Below, in pieces: positions 27,807 through 36,163 of a DNA stretch of 64,000 nt. The stretch is from positions 25,717 to 89,716 of the IMG/VR virus record IMGVR_UViG_3300047282_000191, one strand, 5' to 3'. A model generated the notes under the pieces. That model made no database searches and was not told the DNA's origin. It worked only from the letters and a program-made list of their open reading frames with translations. The translations under genes were made by a program, and so were the position numbers. Positions within the stretch are counted from its first letter, which is position 1. Each line of letters opens with the position of its first letter. The stretch comes from a virus. Lineage: Duplodnaviria > Caudoviricetes.

Positions 27807-28864
27807 TTTATGCCTATAATTGGTACGATATTGCCGCAATTAGGCTTGACTAAACCAAATTTAGTCTTCGCCCATCCATTTTCTAATAATTTATAACAGT
27901 ATTTACTATATGGCGGGATCATCAATCCTGGGATAAAATTAAAATTGCGATTGATATTATAATCAGCAACAAGATTGAAATATTTTTTAAATTTAGGATT
28001 CTTCGTCCTATTCGCCCATTTGCTATATGCTTTTTGTTTACCAAGTAAAAGATCTGTTAAGAATGCTTCTCTATCAAAGCTATCTTGTACTTGATGAAAT
28101 GCTTCTTCGTTTAAATCACTTGCGTCATCACTAGAATAATACCAACGATCAAAATAAAGATGCACAGATTCCCTATAAATCTGCATTAAACCCTGTTCAT
28201 CGCTATCGACCCAAGTTGTTTGTTCTTGCGCCCATTCATGTTCTAATACTTCTCTTTGACCTAAGAAATTATGGTGAACAATGTTATCCATATTATGTTT
28301 ATTTGCAAGTTCAATATATGGTGTAAATAACTCAGGATATCCATCATCTATAAACTTAAGTTTTAAGATAGGAGACTTATCATTCAACCGTTCTAATGCA
28401 TCAATTAATTTCTTTGGATTTACTGATTTTAAAAACGTTGAACTAATGCTAATATTAGCTAAAGATTTAAATTTAATGGTGTCTAATATTTTTGCTGTTC
28501 TAAAAATAGCATTATCTGTAAAACAATATTCTAAGTTATGGGCATTCTCTTGATACCATCTATATGCATCCGGATAGTTTAATTTCAGAAAAAGCATATC
28601 ATCGTTAGTACGAACTACTAAGAAATGAGAGAATACCTCTTGCCACATATCTTCATGTTTTTGTGTTATCTTTGGGAAGTATGTGTTTAAGTTTGGCTTA
28701 ATACCTTTAAAATTTTTATCGATATAACATATCTTGCAACCAGCAGCGCAATAATATCTTGTACCCAAACTAAAATAGACATCATAGTTAACTGGATGTA
28801 ATGCATCTTGTGTTAACCAGTACTCGTGTAGATTCTCGGCTTTTTCAAAATCTTCAGTTATCAT
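27803..28864 (-). CDS. Divergent radical-SAM-like protein (rSAM-3)
   Basis: CAAGCKIC (CxxxCxxC) near the N-terminus; no GGEP motif and no SPASM Cys cluster. Confidence 0.6.
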   Translation of the reverse strand: MITEDFEKAENLHEYWLTQDALHPVNYDVYFSLGTRYYCAAGCKICYIDKNFKGIKPNLNTYFPKITQKHEDMWQEVFSHFLVVRTNDDMLFLKLNYPDAYRWYQENAHNLEYCFTDNAIFRTAKILDTIKFKSLANISISSTFLKSVNPKKLIDALERLNDKSPILKLKFIDDGYPELFTPYIELANKHNMDNIVHHNFLGQREVLEHEWAQEQTTWVDSDEQGLMQIYRESVHLYFDRWYYSSDDASDLNEEAFHQVQDSFDREAFLTDLLLGKQKAYSKWANRTKNPKFKKYFNLVADYNINRNFNFIPGLMIPPYSKYCYKLLENGWAKTKFGLVKPNCGNIVPIIGIK

Positions 28865-29979
28865 ATATTCACCTTGAATTGATTATCTATACCAATCCTA
28901 TGGAACAATGTTTTTTCTTTCTTAAGCTCTGCATTGTGCATTATAGCAGTATCAACGAACTTATAGAAATCTTTACAACTTCCTTCAGGTTGTTTATCAA
29001 ATAACTTATAAAGGTATTTTAAACCACAACTTGCTTTTTGTTGACATTTGAGACATGATTCATTAACTCTACCTTCATCGCCTCGAGGTTGCCAAACTTC
29101 GACTCCATCTTGCCATTTGCCTATGCGTGTATTCTCAACTTTATATTCTAAGAAATCAAATTCTGGATACAAATAACCGTCAGGAGATAATATTAGTTTA
29201 TTATGTTCTGCAAAATATGCTTTATCAATCTTGTCATAATTACCATCAATGAAAATATTTAATTTCTTAATGTATAATATTTGAATAAACTCAAGAAATG
29301 CACCAAAGAATTGCGGCAAGTTTATTCGATCTATGATAACATCAAATTTCTCTTCGCCGCGGTGATGTCTAAGGGGGATAATGTTTACAGTCTTACATCC
29401 AGTGTTGTAACACGTATCTACTATAGATTGTATATTTTCAAACGAGAATGCTCGTCTATCTTCAACAGGCAAGACATACTGCCATTTCCAATCAAAACAA
29501 TGCTGATTTAATACTTCAGCCATTTCTATAACATTTAGTTTATCGCGATTCTCTTCTTGGAACATAAAATCATAACTAATAGTTGCACCAAGTTTACCAG
29601 AATACTTTTCAAATATATGCTTGTTCTCTTTAACTAAAGAACCATTGGTTGTCATTCCTACCTTCCAACCATTGCGCTCGGCGATAGGCATCAACCATTC
29701 TAGGCATTGTTCCATGCGTTTTGCAAATAATAGCGGTTCACCACCATGGAAAGATACCCATTCAACTTTATTTTCTTGTCTTTCTGCCCACAAGAAAAAC
29801 TCTTGCAACTCTTGAGTTGTATTGCCGTTTAAGGATTGACCACCAAGAGATTCTATATAACCTCGATCACAATATACGCAATCAAAGTTGCACTTGTTTC
29901 CAAGATAGATGATAAGCATCTTAACATTATTAAGAGGCTTTTCTCTCTTATTGTAAAAGTTTATAGCTGATTGCATCAT
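28861..29979 (-). CDS. Radical SAM enzyme with a reduced SPASM-like C-terminus (rSAM-2)
   Basis: CNFDCVYC, SFHGGEPLL, TTNGSL, ISYD, LSPDG..YP, CLKC.....C.......C. Confidence 0.9.
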   Translation of the reverse strand: MMQSAINFYNKREKPLNNVKMLIIYLGNKCNFDCVYCDRGYIESLGGQSLNGNTTQELQEFFLWAERQENKVEWVSFHGGEPLLFAKRMEQCLEWLMPIAERNGWKVGMTTNGSLVKENKHIFEKYSGKLGATISYDFMFQEENRDKLNVIEMAEVLNQHCFDWKWQYVLPVEDRRAFSFENIQSIVDTCYNTGCKTVNIIPLRHHRGEEKFDVIIDRINLPQFFGAFLEFIQILYIKKLNIFIDGNYDKIDKAYFAEHNKLILSPDGYLYPEFDFLEYKVENTRIGKWQDGVEVWQPRGDEGRVNESCLKCQQKASCGLKYLYKLFDKQPEGSCKDFYKFVDTAIMHNAELKKEKTLFHRIGIDNQFKVNI

Positions 29980-31669
29980 CTAAGGCTCGGTCATCAGAGG
30001 CTAATATCAATACGTGAAGTAATGCTAAGAAAAATACTTCTTGCATCTGGTTTTGTACTTTAACTATTCTGCCAGTTGGCATATTTCTCTTAGCTAGAAT
30101 TTGATAATAAAAATCGTCGATACTTACTTGCTTATCTCCGATTAAATGTTCTATAGCATCAAGGAACTCTTCTGGTTTAACTTTATCCAGTTCTTTATGC
30201 TTACCTTCCATAATCTCTAACCAAAAACCCAACAATCGTTGAGGATCTTTAAACTTATTAACGAGATCATTGTGTACTTTATCGAGCGATGGATGATACT
30301 GATAGACATAGTAGAATAGCATATAGCTGATAGCTTTGAGGAATGTTTGTTCGTACCCTTCAGTGTGCAATGCACGGACTAATGTATCATATTTAATCTT
30401 AAATTGTTTCTTGGCGATATCTTCTTGTAAATCTACATAAAGCTTAACAATCTTTTGACACATGTCATCTGGTCTGAACATACGCGTACCAGTATCTAAG
30501 TTGCCCGCTGGACACTGATAGCATGCATTCTTATAATCACAAGTCTTGCACTGCTCTTCCTCTTCGAACATCTTAGCATATTCTTTTTGGAAGTGTTTAT
30601 AACGATCTATATAGATCGTATCATTAAATATATTACCCAATATAGTATCTGATGTTGGCCCACCCTTTTGATTTGTGAAGAAGTAGCAACCAGAAAAATC
30701 TCCACTGGCATCAATCGCTATCATATCAGAACCGATCATACAGTTCTCTTCGCCCTTCTTTCCAACACCCTCACTAAAATGGATTTGCAAGTCTTCATAC
30801 TTATCAAGCGATTTTAATATGTCATTGTGGAGAGTATTCCATTCTTGTTCACTCCATTGAATGAATCCTCTTGCAGAATCTAATATCAATGGATGAACTA
30901 CTAAACGTCTAATTCCTCGCTTATACAAATTATCAACAAACTCTGCAAAGTAAGGTGCATTCTCTCTGGCAAGAGTACAGCGTACAGTGACTCGTTTCTG
31001 AAATTTTGGCTCTTCTGGGATTGTTTGGATCTGATCCATGAGCTTGTTTATCTTCTCTTGACCGATCTCTCTATGATCGACCTCAGCCTTATCAGTATCT
31101 AGCGAGATAAGCATATATGTAAAGTCGTGCGAGAAATATTCTTCAACAAGAGGTTGACTTAATAATAACCCATTGGTGACGATACCGATAACAGTATTAC
31201 TCTCTCCACGTGAGTTAAGTTCTAGCTCTTCTTTATTCTTGCGTAGGAAATCTAAGATGATATCTTTGTGGATTAAAGGTTCTCCGCCAAAGAATTGAAA
31301 TACTTTCTTTTGATTAGTGTTTGCATCTTTTAAGAATCGATATGCAGTTAAGAGAGACTCATTGGTAAACCTACCAAAGTCTTTCTTATGCTGCTCATAA
31401 CAATAAGAACATGATAAATTACATGCATTAGTTAATATAAGATTCATCTGCTTCAATTCACTGAACAGATATTTTGTATTGCTTATATTAAGAATAGTCT
31501 CTGTTTCTTTAGGAACTACAGAGATTAATTTATTAATCTTATCCAATCCCTTTGGTGTAATAATCTTTTCACTAAGGAATTGAAATTGTCCATCAGTCTC
31601 AACAACTGAGGCTTTATGATCTTCTTGTCTTTGTCTTTGAGCTTCGGTTTTTAACCAAATAGTCTTCAT
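29948..31669 (-). CDS. Radical SAM/SPASM enzyme with C-terminal helical extension (rSAM-1)
   Basis: CNLSCSYC, FFGGEPL, VTNG.LL, ISLD, C..G......D..G.F.GC, C..C.....C..CP......C. Start moved to ATG 31669, overlapping the peptide stop (ATGA). Confidence 0.92.
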   Translation of the reverse strand: MKTIWLKTEAQRQRQEDHKASVVETDGQFQFLSEKIITPKGLDKINKLISVVPKETETILNISNTKYLFSELKQMNLILTNACNLSCSYCYEQHKKDFGRFTNESLLTAYRFLKDANTNQKKVFQFFGGEPLIHKDIILDFLRKNKEELELNSRGESNTVIGIVTNGLLLSQPLVEEYFSHDFTYMLISLDTDKAEVDHREIGQEKINKLMDQIQTIPEEPKFQKRVTVRCTLARENAPYFAEFVDNLYKRGIRRLVVHPLILDSARGFIQWSEQEWNTLHNDILKSLDKYEDLQIHFSEGVGKKGEENCMIGSDMIAIDASGDFSGCYFFTNQKGGPTSDTILGNIFNDTIYIDRYKHFQKEYAKMFEEEEQCKTCDYKNACYQCPAGNLDTGTRMFRPDDMCQKIVKLYVDLQEDIAKKQFKIKYDTLVRALHTEGYEQTFLKAISYMLFYYVYQYHPSLDKVHNDLVNKFKDPQRLLGFWLEIMEGKHKELDKVKPEEFLDAIEHLIGDKQVSIDDFYYQILAKRNMPTGRIVKVQNQMQEVFFLALLHVLILASDDRALDDAISYKLLQ

Positions 31670-31872
31670 ACAGTCCCACGGCCACAAGCGCAAGCACACT
31701 GACATTCGCAGACAGTGTTATAATCATCATAAAATATGTGGCTGTGAGATGCTAGAGATTCTAGCACATCTAGCATTTGCCTAAAAGTATCAGCTGAAAT
31801 AGTATCTTCAACTGCCTTTGTACCTGGGACCGTTGATCCAGTATTAAAATCGCTCGTATTTTCTACACCCAT
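31666..31872 (-). CDS. 68-aa Cys-rich peptide, putative radical-SAM substrate (HxH module plus CxCxCxCxC core)
   Basis: Ends YNTVCECQCACACGRGTV; RBS-like GAGG upstream; immediately precedes and is coupled to rSAM-1. Confidence 0.8.
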   Translation of the reverse strand: MGVENTSDFNTGSTVPGTKAVEDTISADTFRQMLDVLESLASHSHIFYDDYNTVCECQCACACGRGTV

Positions 31873-31873
31873 T

Positions 31874-32833
31874 TTAAACCTCTTCGTAATGTTTAGATAT
31901 AGTTATATTATATACTAAACGGTTTCCACTATTAATAAACGTCCAATCCATGGTATTACCAGTATTTAATCGAAGACTGATATAACCACTTTGTTGACCT
32001 TTTTTAAATCGTGCTTTATATTTATTAGACCCCAGGTTGATGATATCAAAATCGCTTGCAACCTTTATCAATGATGGATCTAAATTTTCATCAAGTGCTT
32101 GACGAAGGATACCTAATGCACCAACATCAAACTCGAATTCTTCTCCGCGTACTACATACCATCTATCTTCTAATGGATATGCATTCTTACTCATCTTTGG
32201 CTTTAAGAACTGAGTAGCGAAATCTCCCATATGTGCATCTAGATTTCTAAACCTTGCTTTGTCTGTTTCGAATTCTACTTCATCACCCAAAACAATAGTT
32301 GACGGGTTAAAAACCACAAGATAGATCGGAGCATTCTTCATCTTGTACGCATAAAACCACGTTATTGTACTGATGTGTTTATTTTCATCAGTAGTTATGA
32401 ATTCTTCTTTTTGTATATCATATATGTGACCACCCATCCAAGGATTGCGAGTATAGAATACGCTGTTTTGTATGATATCGTTATGAGAACCACCACTCAT
32501 AAATGTACCAAAGCCAAGTGACTTTTCTTGATTTTTATCAAGCCACTCAATTACAAAGTTTACATCGATGCCTTTAGTGACTGCTCTATTCATCTCCATC
32601 GAAGGTTGCACAAATTGCTTTGTTAATACAAAGTCGTAACCATCTACATGACCTCTATTCTTATTAAATACAATCTTATTGTCCTTCTTATCGAAATGAT
32701 ATAGATAAGATTGTGGTTCCTTAGGGTTTACCCAAAAACCTTTTATATCAGAATCAGAATTCCATGTTTGGATAGCATCTAACCATGGGGTACTTTTTGT
32801 TTGACCACATTGAAAAAATACTATAGGTTTCAT
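31874..32833 (-). CDS. Hypothetical protein in the rSAM operon
   Basis: 319-aa open frame ending 1 nt before the peptide start; no family recognised. Confidence 0.65.
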   Translation of the reverse strand: MKPIVFFQCGQTKSTPWLDAIQTWNSDSDIKGFWVNPKEPQSYLYHFDKKDNKIVFNKNRGHVDGYDFVLTKQFVQPSMEMNRAVTKGIDVNFVIEWLDKNQEKSLGFGTFMSGGSHNDIIQNSVFYTRNPWMGGHIYDIQKEEFITTDENKHISTITWFYAYKMKNAPIYLVVFNPSTIVLGDEVEFETDKARFRNLDAHMGDFATQFLKPKMSKNAYPLEDRWYVVRGEEFEFDVGALGILRQALDENLDPSLIKVASDFDIINLGSNKYKARFKKGQQSGYISLRLNTGNTMDWTFINSGNRLVYNITISKHYEEV

Positions 32834-32842
32834 GACATCTCC

Positions 32843-34069
32843 ATGTTTAATTATAATTACGTACTACCTTACACCAATCACTCAGATCTTGAACCGTTAA
32901 TCATCAGTTCCGCTGAGGACTTCCATTTGATTACGAAGTCTGGTCAGCGGATCCTAGATGCCCAATGCGGCAATATTAACTGCAACTTGGGTTACTCTCA
33001 ACATTCAATATCCAATGCTATTTATATGGCATCCAAGTCATTACCGTTCAGTAGACATAATAATGCTATGTTAGCCGAGATTGGCGCAGAGTATTCTAAG
33101 CGTCTATCCTACTATTTCCCGAAGCATGAAAAGTTTTTCTTTGGAAGTTCTGGATCAGATGCCATTGAGACGGCTTTACGTTTGTCATATATGACACGAT
33201 TAAAACAAAAGAGCGATAAGAAAAAGATAGTTACGTTTAAGGGATCATACCATGGATCTACATGGTTGACAGGATCCATCAGTGATTTGGGAGGTTTAGG
33301 ACAACACTTACCCCATTGGCCAGATAATTTAAAGTTGTCATCTCCATTTGGTAATGATGGGCAACAAACATTGTACGAGCTTGAAATGTTAGACTTGTCG
33401 GGAGTTAGTTCCATAGTAATAGAACCATTCACATATTTGTCTGGAGTGTTTGAATGTAGTTATACATTTTGGGAAGAACTTGAAAAGATATGTAAACAAA
33501 ATGATATCCATCTAATATTAGACGAATCTGCATCGAGTTTCTTTAAGACTGGCAATTCATTCTACTACACATCAATTCCAATAGAACCAACATTCATAGT
33601 ACTATCAAAAAGTATTACTGCAGGTTACATGCCCCTCTCAGCCGTAGCTATCCACAATGATATTTGGCATATATTACAAGATGAATGGATCGTACATGGT
33701 TGGACAAATAGTGGATCAGTACCTGGATTAGCAGCAGCAAATGAAGCATTATTAATTTATGAAGAAAATGATTTTAATAATTGTGATTTGGTAGAAGATT
33801 TTCTATCATGGCTGGTGAGCGAGCATGACATTACCTCAACTAGACAAGTTGGTAACTTCTTTGCTTTTGATATGAAATCTAGGAAGTGGCGCCGAGATGT
33901 TGGCGTGAGGTTTGCTTCAGTAGCACTTAAACACGATCTTCAATTGACTACATTTAAGTATGATGCTATCGCTCGCGGATTGATACCACTAAATGCTACT
34001 GATAAATATTTTGATGAATTAAAAGAAAAAGTAAGCCGAGTCGTAGAAGATCGTGACTTACTGCGTTAA
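32843..34069 (+). CDS. Class III PLP-dependent aminotransferase
   Basis: G.RILD...G..NCNLG, FF..SGSDAIETA, SYHGST, IEP....G, LILDE....F.KTG, and PLP-lysine motif LSKSITAGY.PLSA. ATG start at 32843. Confidence 0.88.
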   Translation: MFNYNYVLPYTNHSDLEPLIISSAEDFHLITKSGQRILDAQCGNINCNLGYSQHSISNAIYMASKSLPFSRHNNAMLAEIGAEYSKRLSYYFPKHEKFFFGSSGSDAIETALRLSYMTRLKQKSDKKKIVTFKGSYHGSTWLTGSISDLGGLGQHLPHWPDNLKLSSPFGNDGQQTLYELEMLDLSGVSSIVIEPFTYLSGVFECSYTFWEELEKICKQNDIHLILDESASSFFKTGNSFYYTSIPIEPTFIVLSKSITAGYMPLSAVAIHNDIWHILQDEWIVHGWTNSGSVPGLAAANEALLIYEENDFNNCDLVEDFLSWLVSEHDITSTRQVGNFFAFDMKSRKWRRDVGVRFASVALKHDLQLTTFKYDAIARGLIPLNATDKYFDELKEKVSRVVEDRDLLR

Positions 34070-34431
34070 CCAGTACGATCATCAATCGTATGATTATGAT
34101 TTCCAAGTGTATTAATTTTATTTCTCATGTCATTATGTTTATCTGCAAAGATCTTATCACCTTGAGATATACCAGGTATTGATCCACCAATACTAGCAGT
34201 ATTCTTATCTTCATAATAATTTCCCCGATCACCATTATTACCAAATGTTGCTAATTGATATGCATCATCATAGGTATGGTAATGACCTAACCAACTATTG
34301 ATTAAGTTAATTAATGAAGTAATATCAGAAGCATTAATATTATTTCCTGATTGAATATTATTTCTTAGTCCGGCAATTGGACTATTATCAGCAAATATAT
34401 TGGCCTTAGGAGATCTTGAGTCTTGTGCCAT
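34066..34431 (-). CDS. 121-aa protein with two HxH modules, homologous to the N-part of the Cys-rich peptide
   Basis: INASDITSLINLINSWLGHYHTYDD and IFADKHNDMRNKINTLGNHNHTIDD align without gaps (up to HxH) to ISADTFRQMLDVLESLASHSHIFYDD. Confidence 0.75.
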   Translation of the reverse strand: MAQDSRSPKANIFADNSPIAGLRNNIQSGNNINASDITSLINLINSWLGHYHTYDDAYQLATFGNNGDRGNYYEDKNTASIGGSIPGISQGDKIFADKHNDMRNKINTLGNHNHTIDDRTG

Positions 34432-34432
34432 C

Positions 34433-34807
34433 TTATACCCCTATGACTTCGTCATAAAAAGATTTATCTGCAAATTCAGGTATACGAACATATACTTTCT
34501 CAGCTGATATTCCTCTTGCAATCATTTTTTTAATTAAACTATCAATATAAGTTTGTGTTTGATTTAAGTCGAATGCTTCTACCAATGGTTTAATATACGC
34601 AATAGATTCTAGATTATGATCTAAATTAATAAAGCTTTCATAAATAGCATCCCAATTTGGATCAATAAGCACTGCATTCGTAGTTTCTGGGATATCAATA
34701 TCTCCAACTACACCAATTAATTTTTGTACACTCGGTTTTTCACCGAAATAATTTTTTAAAATATCATGTTGTACAATAAACTCAAAGAAAACGTCTTCAT
34801 GATTCAT
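34433..34807 (-). CDS. Hypothetical protein (about 124 aa)
   Basis: Start set at ATG 34807 (TAATG overlap with the upstream fibre stop). Confidence 0.65.
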   Translation of the reverse strand: MNHEDVFFEFIVQHDILKNYFGEKPSVQKLIGVVGDIDIPETTNAVLIDPNWDAIYESFINLDHNLESIAYIKPLVEAFDLNQTQTYIDSLIKKMIARGISAEKVYVRIPEFADKSFYDEVIGV

Positions 34808-35904
34808 TATAGTATCACACACTCAACTAATTTTTCGCTAAATTCTTGATTTGTTTCAAGAGCTACACCAACAGGATTTAATACGCCATAGATTGCTCTA
34901 CCATCGACGTTGGCGATTACTGTTTGTCCTTTTGCAATTGGACCAATAACTCTAACTGGAACTCGTCCGCGAAGAGCAATCGCTTGACCATCAGCATCTT
35001 TATTCATTAAGAATGCTGGCTTCTCAGAAATTACACCAACTGCGATTTGACCTGGAGCATAAGAAGCTGTACACTCTGATTCAGTACTCAATGAAACCAC
35101 CATGACAGTTCCAACTGGATATTCTTTATCGGTTGTATATTTTTCTGCTAAGTCGGCGTATCTAGCTGATGTTGCAACACCATTAAACACGTTTGCTGTT
35201 AAATTGCCTGAACTATCACGTGCTGCGATAGTAGAATTAGTTGCAGCTGTAGCACTATTCATACCATCTAATAAGTCAGCATCAAGACCAGAGCTTGCTC
35301 CATCATTGCCAGAATGCCATGGAGTATAACCTAACGCAGCGACTACGTTAGCATTAGTTAAACTAAATTCACCTGAAGTAGAATTATATGTTATGTTTCC
35401 ATTAGTAGAAGCAATGCTTATTGCTGATCTTGCGCGAGCGTTTGTAAAATAAAGGTTAGTACTACCTTCTGCTGTAGCATCTGTAGTAAATGTAATGTTT
35501 GCAGAACCATTAAAAGAAGCACCGTTGATTGTGCGAGCAGTTTGTAATGTTGTAGCAGTCGATGCATTACCAGTAACATTACCTGTCAAGTTACCAGTAA
35601 CGTTTCCAGTAAGAGGACCGTTAAATTTAGTAGACGTCATTTCTCCAGTAACAGTTAAGTTACCAGCAGCAGTTAATACAAGTTCGAATGTGTCTGCAGA
35701 ATCTACGTTTACTTTGAATTCATTACCATCAGTAGAGATAACACCATCAAGAGGTCCTGCAGATCTTACTTCATTAATCGCTGCAACTACATTCGTTGCA
35801 TCAGTTAATAATCCAGCCGTGTCTCCTACGAAGTCACCAATCTGATTAGTTTTTAGTCTCCACCCATTAAAGGTGTCGGTTAGATTTACGTTGATAGCTG
35901 CCAT
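34807..35904 (-). CDS. Tail fibre protein with a C-terminal intramolecular-chaperone (Peptidase_G2/IMC-like) domain
   Basis: NV..TDTF..WR.KTN anchor; G.LTGNVTG repeats; GLDADLLDG; SA.YADLAE.Y..D..Y..GTV...GV.S..PA.LMN...AL.GRVPV. Confidence 0.75.
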   Translation of the reverse strand: MAAINVNLTDTFNGWRLKTNQIGDFVGDTAGLLTDATNVVAAINEVRSAGPLDGVISTDGNEFKVNVDSADTFELVLTAAGNLTVTGEMTSTKFNGPLTGNVTGNLTGNVTGNASTATTLQTARTINGASFNGSANITFTTDATAEGSTNLYFTNARARSAISIASTNGNITYNSTSGEFSLTNANVVAALGYTPWHSGNDGASSGLDADLLDGMNSATAATNSTIAARDSSGNLTANVFNGVATSARYADLAEKYTTDKEYPVGTVMVVSLSTESECTASYAPGQIAVGVISEKPAFLMNKDADGQAIALRGRVPVRVIGPIAKGQTVIANVDGRAIYGVLNPVGVALETNQEFSEKLVECVIL

Positions 35905-35914
35905 TTATATCTCT

Positions 35915-36163
35915 CTATTTTTGAATGTTAGCAAGAATAGTAACTAACATGCTTTTAATTTCACTTACTTCTTTTTTGATATCGTTGATATCAGTAGTAT
36001 TCTTTTCAACTTGTTGTTGTGCATTAATTAGTCTTTGTCTATTTTGCAAATACTTATTATATGAAATGTCATCTTTATTTATTACAACTTTTGAAACAGG
36101 GTCTCGATATAACCCTGTTTCATTTTCTACTTTCATCAAAACCTTTTCACTAAGCACAGGCAA
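35915..36163 (-). CDS. Small coiled-coil protein conserved next to the large structural gene
   Basis: KVE....LYRD......IN.D...Y..Y...R motif followed by heptads. Confidence 0.65.
   Translation of the reverse strand: MPVLSEKVLMKVENETGLYRDPVSKVVINKDDISYNKYLQNRQRLINAQQQVEKNTTDINDIKKEVSEIKSMLVTILANIQK

Noticed and set aside
26475-31669. The rSAM/SPASM genes as PqqE partners of the phage PqqA
   Set aside because: They lie about 29 kb from pqqA, have no adjacent pqqB/C/D, and are coupled to their own Cys-rich peptide. Host PqqE is the simpler partner; an rSAM phylogeny would settle it.
32801-32842. Track start of the aminotransferase at 32801
   Set aside because: It is a TTG that overlaps the divergent 319-aa gene; ATG 32843 gives a normal class III N-terminus.
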